Positions 56,492 through 64,000 of a stretch of 64,000 nucleotides of DNA are shown here, piece by piece. Under the pieces are notes generated by a model. That model had not been told where the DNA came from, did not search any database, and worked only from the letters and a program-made list of their open reading frames with translations. Numbering within the stretch: the first letter of the stretch is position 1; every line of letters begins with the position of its first letter. Source of the DNA: Candidatus Cloacimonadota bacterium (GTDB lineage Bacteria > Cloacimonadota > Cloacimonadia > G963667145); NCBI GenBank assembly GCA_963676615.1, contig OY781092.1:320001-384000 (forward strand). Reading direction: 5' to 3'. The position numbers and the translations under genes were made by a program.

Positions 56492-57742
56492 CTAGCTTTC
56501 GGACGCAGTTTTTTTTGAGCTAGGCAAAGTTTCGCAATTATCTAGATCAAAGCCTTTCCGCCCAAATAACACCGCACCTATTATCGCTGTAAACGGAGCA
56601 ACCAGCACCAAGCCAAAGCTACCCACGATAGTTTTTAAAATCTCAGCTGCGACATATATCAAATTTAGTGTGTTGGTCATTGGAACGCCTTGCGCCATAA
56701 AAGCCATCAAGAGCGTAAGATAGCCGCCAGAGTAAGCAAGTAGCAGTGTTGTGGTCATTGTGCCGACAACCGCTCGACCAATGCGGATTCCCGAAAAACA
56801 CAATTCTCTAGTTGTCATGTCGGGTCGTTTGTCGACCAGCTCCTGCATGCTAGCGGCAACATCCATCGCCAAATCCATTACCGCACCACTAGCAGCCAAA
56901 AAAACTCCTGCTATAAAAATGCCTGTCAAATCTAGATGAGCATAGCCAGAATAGAGCAAAGTTTCTGCAAAAGGCAAAATCGCTCCGTGAATATGAAAAA
57001 GCTCGGTGAACATTTTTGATAAAATAGCAGAAACTAGCACGCCCAAAAATGCTCCCAAAAAAGCGACCAATCCTTTGGTAGAAGCGCCTGCAACTAAAAA
57101 TATAATCGCCGCAGTGAGAAGGGCAACTACACCTAGAGATGCCCAGATTGGATCAAATCCTAGCAGCAAAAGAGGCACCAAAATCTTGATTATGCACAAA
57201 CCAGCAAACGCAAAAGAGATAAGTGCTTTCAGACCTGTCCAGCCTCCAAAAATGATGAGCAAACCCGCAAATAACAACGCTAAAACAGTTTCCACGCTAA
57301 TCCGATAATGCTCTTGAGGATTAGCATAAACAATTTTTCCCTCGGGAGATAACGAAAGCACCGTCAACACTTTATCGCCCTTGCAAAAAAGTTTGTCTCG
57401 ATCAAGTTGCCCCAGCAGTGGATTGTTCGCACAAACGACCTCACCAACAAACTTTCCGTCCAAAATTTTCAGGTTCACCTCTTGATCACCGCTGCGCACC
57501 AAGCCTCGCTCATAAACGAAGGAATTGTCCACGCTCAATACCTTTGCACGCACTCGCTCAACCCGCGAAGCAACGCGATTTTCAAATCCAGTGGGAAGAA
57601 AATAAATTATCAAGCCCAAGCCTAAAAATCCCAAACATACCAAAAAATCGCGGCTAGCTACTGAACGCAAACTTTTTAAAAAAACGGTAAACCAGCCTTT
57701 GCTAGTCAACCGTTTTGATTTCTCAGGAAATTTAATCATCAA
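56492..57742 (-). CDS. YibE/F family membrane protein
   Basis: GAVMDLAMDV, GTMTTTLLLAYSG. Confidence 0.88.
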   Translation of the reverse strand: MMIKFPEKSKRLTSKGWFTVFLKSLRSVASRDFLVCLGFLGLGLIIYFLPTGFENRVASRVERVRAKVLSVDNSFVYERGLVRSGDQEVNLKILDGKFVGEVVCANNPLLGQLDRDKLFCKGDKVLTVLSLSPEGKIVYANPQEHYRISVETVLALLFAGLLIIFGGWTGLKALISFAFAGLCIIKILVPLLLLGFDPIWASLGVVALLTAAIIFLVAGASTKGLVAFLGAFLGVLVSAILSKMFTELFHIHGAILPFAETLLYSGYAHLDLTGIFIAGVFLAASGAVMDLAMDVAASMQELVDKRPDMTTRELCFSGIRIGRAVVGTMTTTLLLAYSGGYLTLLMAFMAQGVPMTNTLNLIYVAAEILKTIVGSFGLVLVAPFTAIIGAVLFGRKGFDLDNCETLPSSKKTASES

Positions 57743-59256
57743 AATTGCGCAACACAGTTGCTACCCAAAGTGCTGATAGCACTATATTTCGCCCGATTCT
57801 CAGCGCCCATTATTTTCATAATTTTTAGGGCGATATCCGTGTTGTCATAGTAGCCGTTAAATTCGCTCGCATCAACGCCAATGGCGGAGGTATTCACTGG
57901 CACGCCAGTGTGTTTGTATGATGTCCACGCAAGTCCAGCCTTGTTGTTGAGAATGTGGGTTAAAGTTACAGTCAGCGGGTCGTAATCGCCGTAGAGGATG
58001 TAATCTGCCGTCCCCGATTTCGTCTTTTCATTTTTCATAGAACGATTAAACGCTTTGGAGATAGCTTCTTTTTCGTAATCAGCCAAAACTAGCAGATTTT
58101 TTTTGGAATCGCCTGTAAATTTTAATCCAAAATTTTGCTCGATAATTGGCTGCATTTGCGCAAAAGTTCCGCTCTTCACCTTGAATTTTGGCAAAATCTC
58201 GTCTTGAAATTTTTGGAACGACACTTTTTGATTTTTCAAAATATCGAAAAATGAAGCATATTGAGTCCCAGCAAATCCAAGCGTTAACCCTCCACATTCG
58301 TGATCGCCAGTCACCACAATCAATGTTTGTTCTGGATGTTTTTTGTAAAAATCTAGTGCAACCTGAATTGACTCATCGAAGCTCAAAGTGTTTTTAATGC
58401 TCGCCATTCCGTCGTTTGCGTGGCACGCCCAATCGATTTTGCCGCCTTCTACCATCAAAAAAAATCCGTTTGAGTTGTCCAAAAGCTCCGTCGCTTTTGC
58501 GGTGAGTTCTGGCAATGTGATGTCGGCGCGAGTCATATCCATCGAGTAGGGCATCGCCTGATCGTCCTGTAGCCATTGATTTTCCACGACAACTTTGCCC
58601 GCATTTTTTCCCAAAGACTCGAACTCTTCCCTCGTATCAATAAAAGTGTAGCCGTTTGTTTTCGCCTTTGCAATCGCGTCACCCAGTGGAGCTTTCGATT
58701 TTTTACCGCTGGGATCAAGCAGACCACCGCCACCGAAAAAATCAAAACCCGATTCTGCCAAAGCGTGATCGATTTCGTGATACATTTTGCGACTCGGCAC
58801 ATGGGCATAAAAAGCCGCGGGTGTCGCATGATCTATCGAAACCGTCGAGATAATCCCCACACGCTTTCCTTGTTCTTTAGCCATTTCAGCCAAAGTTTTC
58901 ATCGGCTTTAGGTTTGCGTCCATTCCGATAAAACCAATATTAGTCTTTTTGCCGCTAGCAATTGCTGTAGCTGCAGCCGCAGACCCAGTAATAAAACGGT
59001 CGTTTGCCTGTGTAGTCGTCACGCCCTGAGCAGGCAAAGTGTTCATAACCAGCTCTCTGCCAGAATACTGCTCAGCTGCCACTCTCTGCGGAATGCCAAG
59101 TCCATCTCCAATAAACAAAAAAACATACTTCGCCGTCTGTTCTCTTTTTTTTATGCCTTCTTGCTCTTGCGCTCCAAAAGATTTTTCTCCTCGACGACAA
59201 GCCAACAAGCTCGTTAAAACTAGCATCACAATCAACATTTTTTGAAATTTCACCAT
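57739..59256 (-). CDS. Alkaline phosphatase (lipoprotein)
   Basis: FIGDG, ITGSAAAATA, HATPA, VEGGKIDWACHAND, TGDHE; lipobox LLAC; start taken at MVKFQ. Confidence 0.93.
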   Translation of the reverse strand: MVKFQKMLIVMLVLTSLLACRRGEKSFGAQEQEGIKKREQTAKYVFLFIGDGLGIPQRVAAEQYSGRELVMNTLPAQGVTTTQANDRFITGSAAAATAIASGKKTNIGFIGMDANLKPMKTLAEMAKEQGKRVGIISTVSIDHATPAAFYAHVPSRKMYHEIDHALAESGFDFFGGGGLLDPSGKKSKAPLGDAIAKAKTNGYTFIDTREEFESLGKNAGKVVVENQWLQDDQAMPYSMDMTRADITLPELTAKATELLDNSNGFFLMVEGGKIDWACHANDGMASIKNTLSFDESIQVALDFYKKHPEQTLIVVTGDHECGGLTLGFAGTQYASFFDILKNQKVSFQKFQDEILPKFKVKSGTFAQMQPIIEQNFGLKFTGDSKKNLLVLADYEKEAISKAFNRSMKNEKTKSGTADYILYGDYDPLTVTLTHILNNKAGLAWTSYKHTGVPVNTSAIGVDASEFNGYYDNTDIALKIMKIMGAENRAKYSAISTLGSNCVAQF

Positions 59257-59320
59257 TTTTTTTCTCCAAAATTTACTTTTTTTTGAAAAAGAAAATCTTT
59301 TATGATCTTCCTCCAAAAAA

Positions 59321-59374
59321 GTTATACTCCGAAAATGTTAAAATTTGATGAAAAAAATGTTAAGATTTGGTTAA
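59321..59374 (-). promoter_or_regulatory. Pho box (four hexamers) with -10 element
   Basis: Minus strand TTAACC, TTAACA, TTCATC, TTAACA at exact 11-bp period, then TATAAC 9 bp downstream. Confidence 0.8.
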
Positions 59375-59396
59375 ATATAAAAAAAAATGAGAATTT

Positions 59397-60047
59397 CTAG
59401 CTCTTATCCTCTTTCAGCCAGCTGACCAGCAAATAAACAAGCGGCGTATCGCACAGCGCAAAAAGGATTTTTAGCGACAAATACGGCAGCGCAAGTTGAA
59501 AAACGAACAAAGCGTCGAACTGCGGCGTCATTTTGTAGCGAAAAAGATAGACGAAAATAAAAGTGTCCAAAGTTTGCGAAATCATCGTGGAGACATTGTT
59601 CCGTAGCCAAAGAAACCTGCCGCTAGTTCTCTTTTTTAGATACGAAAAAATGAATACATCGTTTAGCTGGGAGATAAAAAACGCCGTGATGCTCGCCAAA
59701 ATCATCCGCAGCGAAAATTTGAAAATAATCGAATACTCTTTGTTGAAGGCAAATCTTTCGGCGGGTTTCATCCAAATAGAAAGCGTCAAAAATGCAAAAA
59801 CAAGCACGAGGCTGATGATCGCCGAGATGATGAGATTCCAAACGACATCTTTGCCGTAAACTTCTTCGATAGCGTCGGTTATCAAAAAAAGCAAAGGCGC
59901 GGTAAAAATTCCGACCGAAGTCACTACTCCACAAACAGTTACGATTTTGAGACTCAAAAAATTTGAAGCCGTGTAAAGCGATATAAAAATTGCGAAAAGA
60001 ATAACCAGCTTCGCGTTCATCGTTTTTTCTGGTCGTTTATTCGGCAT
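59397..60047 (-). CDS. yhhQ: Queuosine precursor transporter YhhQ family, copy 2
   Basis: LITDAIEEVYG, ASITAFFISQLND, LWLRNNVST, DTP. Confidence 0.88.
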   Translation of the reverse strand: MPNKRPEKTMNAKLVILFAIFISLYTASNFLSLKIVTVCGVVTSVGIFTAPLLFLITDAIEEVYGKDVVWNLIISAIISLVLVFAFLTLSIWMKPAERFAFNKEYSIIFKFSLRMILASITAFFISQLNDVFIFSYLKKRTSGRFLWLRNNVSTMISQTLDTFIFVYLFRYKMTPQFDALFVFQLALPYLSLKILFALCDTPLVYLLVSWLKEDKS

Positions 60048-60669
60048 TCTCTTTATCCTCTTTCAGCCAGCTGACCAGCCCATAAACAAGCGGCGTATCG
60101 CACAGTGCAAAAAGAATTTTCAGCGACAAATACGGCAGCGAAAGTTGCAAAACGAACAGAGCGTCAAATTTCGGGGTCATTTTGTAGAGGAAAAGATACA
60201 TAAAAATGAAGGTGTCCAAAATTTGCGAGAGAATCGTGGAGACATTGTTCCGCAGCCACAAAAATCTGCCGTTGGTTTTCCTTTTCAGATAAGAGAAAAT
60301 AAACATATCGTTGAGCTGGGAGATGAAAAACGCCGTGATGCTGGCGAAAATCATCCGCAGCGAAAAGCTGAAGATGGTCGTGTATTCGTCGTTGTAGGTG
60401 AACCGCTCGGCTGGCTCCATCCAGATGGCGAGCGACAAAAATCCGAAAACAATCACCAGGCTGATAATCGCCGCGGTGATCAGGTTGAAGACGACATCTT
60501 TGCCGTAAACCTCTTCGATAGCGTCAGTTATCAAAAAAAGCAAAGGTGCGATAAAGATGCCCACGGAGGTGTTAATCCCCCAAAAATTGACGATTTTGAT
60601 GCCCAGCAAATTCGAGGCGGTGTAGAGCGAGATGAAAACAGAAAAAAGAATAGTAAGTTTTTTGTTCAC
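60037..60669 (-). CDS. yhhQ: Queuosine precursor transporter YhhQ family, copy 1
   Basis: Same motifs as the neighbour; tandem paralogue. Confidence 0.88.
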   Translation of the reverse strand: MNKKLTILFSVFISLYTASNLLGIKIVNFWGINTSVGIFIAPLLFLITDAIEEVYGKDVVFNLITAAIISLVIVFGFLSLAIWMEPAERFTYNDEYTTIFSFSLRMIFASITAFFISQLNDMFIFSYLKRKTNGRFLWLRNNVSTILSQILDTFIFMYLFLYKMTPKFDALFVLQLSLPYLSLKILFALCDTPLVYGLVSWLKEDKENAE

Positions 60670-60673
60670 TTGG

Positions 60674-61498
60674 TTATCCTCCGATTTGGTTGATTTTGTA
60701 TTGCGTGTTGTTCAGCCCCGATTTTGGCTTGATCGCAAGGGCTTTGTAAACAGCCTCTTCGATAGAATTTTCCGCGGCAATCTCCACGGCTTTATCCGAA
60801 AAAAGACAGGGTAAAATTTTTCCGTCGCAAGTAATTCGCAGCTTGTTACACTTTTCGCAAACGCCCGCAGTCGTGTCTGGCTCTTCGGTAATGAGCGCCT
60901 CGAAAGAGCCGTTCTCCAGATTCATCTCCTTGATAGTCCTGCCAACGATGTTCTGATCCTTGCAAAACCGCTTCATCGCCGCTTGATCTTCGGCGGAATC
61001 GTTGAACCCTCTGATGAGGACGGTGTTGACTTTGATGGGGCTAAACCCCAACTCCTGAGCAGTTTTTATTCCTTGCAAAACTTTCGTCAAATCGCCGCCT
61101 CTGGTAATGTAGGCAAATTTTTCGGCGTCCAAAGTATCCAAAGAAAAGTTGACTCGCTTTAGCCCAGCATCTTTCAAATCTTGGGCGTATTTGGAAAAAA
61201 GTGCGCCGTTAGTCGTCAGGCAAAAATCTTGTAAACCTTTCAATTTTCCGATTTTACGAACGAGCCACAAAAAATTTTTCTTCACCAAAGGCTCTCCGCC
61301 AGTGAGCCTAACTTTTGTAATTCCTAGGCGCACACACACCTTGACGATGTCGAACATCTGCTCCAGCGTGAGAACTTTTTCGTGCGGAATAAAATCAACG
61401 CCCGCTTCATCTCGGCAGTAGCGACAGCAAAAATTGCACTTGTCGGTGAGCGAGAGGCGAATGTAGTCTATTTTGCGACCATGTGCGTCTATCAGCAT
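60674..61498 (-). CDS. moaA: GTP 3',8-cyclase MoaA-like radical SAM protein (short)
   Basis: CNFCCRYC, RLTGGEP, CEKCNKLR...C, C-terminal IGG. Confidence 0.85.
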   Translation of the reverse strand: MLIDAHGRKIDYIRLSLTDKCNFCCRYCRDEAGVDFIPHEKVLTLEQMFDIVKVCVRLGITKVRLTGGEPLVKKNFLWLVRKIGKLKGLQDFCLTTNGALFSKYAQDLKDAGLKRVNFSLDTLDAEKFAYITRGGDLTKVLQGIKTAQELGFSPIKVNTVLIRGFNDSAEDQAAMKRFCKDQNIVGRTIKEMNLENGSFEALITEEPDTTAGVCEKCNKLRITCDGKILPCLFSDKAVEIAAENSIEEAVYKALAIKPKSGLNNTQYKINQIGG

Positions 61499-61508
61499 TG
61501 AGTTTCCG

Positions 61509-61973
61509 CTAGTTTTTCGCCTTGAAATCGTCCAACACGACCTTCACAGAATCGGCAGTGAGGTTGCCAAAAGTTTGGTCGTCGATCATCAAAACAGGCG
61601 CAAGGGAGCAGCACCCAAGGCACGCAACGCCTTCGACAGAGTAAAACTTGTCTTTGGTCACCTCTTCCTCTTTGATGTTCAGGTGCTCCAAAACAGCCGA
61701 CTTGATGACTTTGGCGCCGTTCACATGGCAGGCGGTTCCTTCGCAAACCTTGATGATGTGCTTTCCGACAGGATTGAACTTGAACTGTGCGTAAAAAGTG
61801 GCAACGCCCATAATTTGCGTCGGCGGCAATTTGCTAAACTCAGAAATTTTTTCGATAGTCTCCCGCGAAAGATACGAGAATTGCTCTTGCGCAAACTGCA
61901 AAATTTTGATCAAATTCGCTTGTTTATTGTCGATAGAAGCGATTTTTTCTTCGAGTTTGGTGTATTTTCCCAT
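61509..61973 (-). CDS. NuoE/HndA-like [2Fe-2S] subunit
   Basis: GVATFY, CEGTAC, CLGCC. Confidence 0.9.
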   Translation of the reverse strand: MGKYTKLEEKIASIDNKQANLIKILQFAQEQFSYLSRETIEKISEFSKLPPTQIMGVATFYAQFKFNPVGKHIIKVCEGTACHVNGAKVIKSAVLEHLNIKEEEVTKDKFYSVEGVACLGCCSLAPVLMIDDQTFGNLTADSVKVVLDDFKAKN

Positions 61974-61977
61974 TTGG

Positions 61978-63042
61978 TTACTCCTTTCCTTTTTCTTCGT
62001 AAAAAGCGACCTGCAAAGATTTGGTAATCTCCGCGATGTCGCCGTTCATAATGTTATCCAATTTATATAATGTCAAATTTATTCTGTGATCGGTCACTCT
62101 GCCTTGCGGAAAGTTGTAGGTGCGGATCTTGCCGCTGCGGTCGCCAGTGCCGATTTGCGTTTTGCGAGTCCTGGCGATTTCTGCCTCTTGGCTCGCCATT
62201 TCTGCATCCAAAAGCCGTGAGAGCAAGACTTTCATCGCCTTATTTTTGTTCTTCAGCTGAGATTTTTCGTCTTGACAAGTGACCACCGTGCCCGTGGGCA
62301 GGTGAGTTATCCGCACAGCAGAATCGGTCGTGTTTACCGACTGTCCGCCGTTTCCGCTGGAACGATAAACATCGATTTTCAAATCTTTAGGATCAATTTG
62401 CACATCCACTTCGTCGGCTTCGGGCAGCACCGCCACCGTTACAGCCGAGGTGTGAATCCTGCCGTTCGCTTCGGTCTCGGGCACTCTCTGCACCCGATGC
62501 ACGCCGCTCTCAAACCGCATCGTCCCATAAACATTCTCGCCGCTAAGAGAAAAAACAATCTCTTTATAGCCGCCCTTTTCGCTCGGATTCGAGCTGATAA
62601 TCTGCTTTTTCCACTTATTCTGCTCGGCAAAATACGAATACATCCTGTAAAGATCGCCCACAAAAAGTCCCGACTCATTGCCGCCAGTGCCGGCGCGAAT
62701 CTCCACGATACAATCGCGCTTGTCGTTGGGATCTTTGGGAATGAGTAGCTTCTTCAGCTCCTCGGTCTTGATCGCCAACTCTTCTTCCAGCGAAGCTATC
62801 TCCTCTTTGGCAAGCTCCAGCATCTCCTTGTCCGACTCCGCAGCCAAAAGCTCCTTGGCGTCCTCCAGCTCCTTTGTCAAACTCTTCACACTCGCAGCGG
62901 AGTTCAAAATTTTCTCAAGCTCATTAAAGCGAGAACTAATTTTGCTATACTCCCGCTGGTCGCTCATATATTTCGGATCGGCGACTTTGCTCGCCAAATC
63001 TTGATGCTCGGACTTCAGCTTCTGAATTTTTTCGCTAAACAT
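61978..63042 (-). CDS. prfA: Peptide chain release factor 1
   Basis: [26 protein letters not shown]. Confidence 0.97.
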   Translation of the reverse strand: MFSEKIQKLKSEHQDLASKVADPKYMSDQREYSKISSRFNELEKILNSAASVKSLTKELEDAKELLAAESDKEMLELAKEEIASLEEELAIKTEELKKLLIPKDPNDKRDCIVEIRAGTGGNESGLFVGDLYRMYSYFAEQNKWKKQIISSNPSEKGGYKEIVFSLSGENVYGTMRFESGVHRVQRVPETEANGRIHTSAVTVAVLPEADEVDVQIDPKDLKIDVYRSSGNGGQSVNTTDSAVRITHLPTGTVVTCQDEKSQLKNKNKAMKVLLSRLLDAEMASQEAEIARTRKTQIGTGDRSGKIRTYNFPQGRVTDHRINLTLYKLDNIMNGDIAEITKSLQVAFYEEKGKE

Positions 63043-63980
63043 TAAATCTCTATCCTTCTAACATCTGGGTCTATCGGTTGGTCTAACGCCGCCTTCAGAG
63101 CCACCACAGCCACCTTAATCTGCCCAAGGCTCGGCTCTTTGGTCGTGATTCTCTGCAGCAACAATCCAGGACTGATAAAAAAGTGGACAAGTTTGTTGTC
63201 TATATGTTTATCGCTAAATTTCAAAAATTCGTAGGAAACGCCAGCCACCAACGGAATGCACAAAAGGTGATACGAAATCCTGATGAGCAAATTCGGTCTG
63301 CCAAAACGAAGACTCACAAAACTGTCCAAAATCGAAAAAACGATAATCGAAACTATCAAAACCAAAAAAATAAAACTCGTTCCGCAACGGGGATTTATTC
63401 TGGACGCCTTGCTGATTTGCTCTGGTTCCAGCTCGATATTTTGCTCATAAGCGTTGATGGTTTTGTGCTCCGCGCCGTGAAACTCAAAAAGCTCCCTCAC
63501 ATCTTTCATAAGCCCAATCGAGAGCAGATAAACCAAAAAAACCGCCACTCGCAAAGCTCCCGCAATGAGATTGAACCAAACTTCGCCCTGACTCTGTGGA
63601 AACTGCTCTGCCAAAAAATAGGGCAATCCAACAAAAAGCGAAACGCCCAGCACCAGCGAAAACACAAAAGTCAAGCCGTTTTCCAGCTTCTCCCGAAAGT
63701 TCGACTTTGCTTTTTTCGCTTTCTCGTCCAGCATCGCCCGCTCTGCCGAATACTGCAACGCCGAATAACCGACTTTGAGCATCTGCAAAAAATTGGCAAA
63801 CCCACGCACAATCGGCAATCGCAGCCACTTGCTCTTTTTGGACAAACTGCAAAAAGGCTTTTTGAGTAGCTCAATGGTCTTGTCTTTGCGAGCCGTCGCC
63901 ACGGCGATAGTTTGCCCCGAGAGCATCATCACGCCACTAATAACAGCCTGTCCGCCCGCCTTATCTAACTTCTGTTTCAT
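63042..63980 (-). CDS. DUF1385 membrane protein
   Basis: [28 protein letters not shown]; usual prfA neighbour. Confidence 0.9.
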   Translation of the reverse strand: MKQKLDKAGGQAVISGVMMLSGQTIAVATARKDKTIELLKKPFCSLSKKSKWLRLPIVRGFANFLQMLKVGYSALQYSAERAMLDEKAKKAKSNFREKLENGLTFVFSLVLGVSLFVGLPYFLAEQFPQSQGEVWFNLIAGALRVAVFLVYLLSIGLMKDVRELFEFHGAEHKTINAYEQNIELEPEQISKASRINPRCGTSFIFLVLIVSIIVFSILDSFVSLRFGRPNLLIRISYHLLCIPLVAGVSYEFLKFSDKHIDNKLVHFFISPGLLLQRITTKEPSLGQIKVAVVALKAALDQPIDPDVRRIEI

Positions 63981-64000
63981 AAAAAAATAGACCTTATTTC

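Noticed and set aside
60670..60720. preQ1 riboswitch before yhhQ
   Set aside because: Only 4 bp separate moaA and yhhQ; no recognisable aptamer.

Overview
Bases 1 to ~26,096 are the right-hand part of a Mu-like transposable prophage; its left end lies outside the window. It carries a DDE transposase, a MuB-like ATPase, GemA-like and DUF3164 genes, and three tandem plus one inverted AAACGACAAAGCG end-type sites. The layout is unusual. Portal, protease-capsid and non-contractile tail genes lie left of the repressor/transposition module, while terminase, head morphogenesis, fibre, lysis and methylase genes lie to its right. Notable phage features: a DnaC/IstB-like ATPase upstream of the transposase; five 11-bp direct repeats (ATCGGRGGACA) in mixed reading frames inside the transposase gene; a -1 frameshifted tail chaperone; a holin-lysozyme fusion; and an apparently swappable cassette of a small membrane peptide plus the tape-measure N-terminus. 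The phage sits next to a decayed region (26.1-27.9 kb) holding a frameshifted zeta-toxin-like ATPase and a 311-bp relic of a sister prophage. From ~28 kb the window is host chromosome of a Gram-negative bacterium (Cloacimonadota is my unverified guess): asd, miaB, kdsB, mnmA, lepA, maf, xerD, glyA, der, plsY, rfaE1, a pantothenate/CoA operon, hppA, lon, secG, two tRNA-Leu genes (one with a rare AAG anticodon), an alkaline phosphatase preceded by a Pho box, tandem yhhQ genes, moaA, a nuoE-like gene and prfA. All calls come from reading the sequence by eye; no searches were run.
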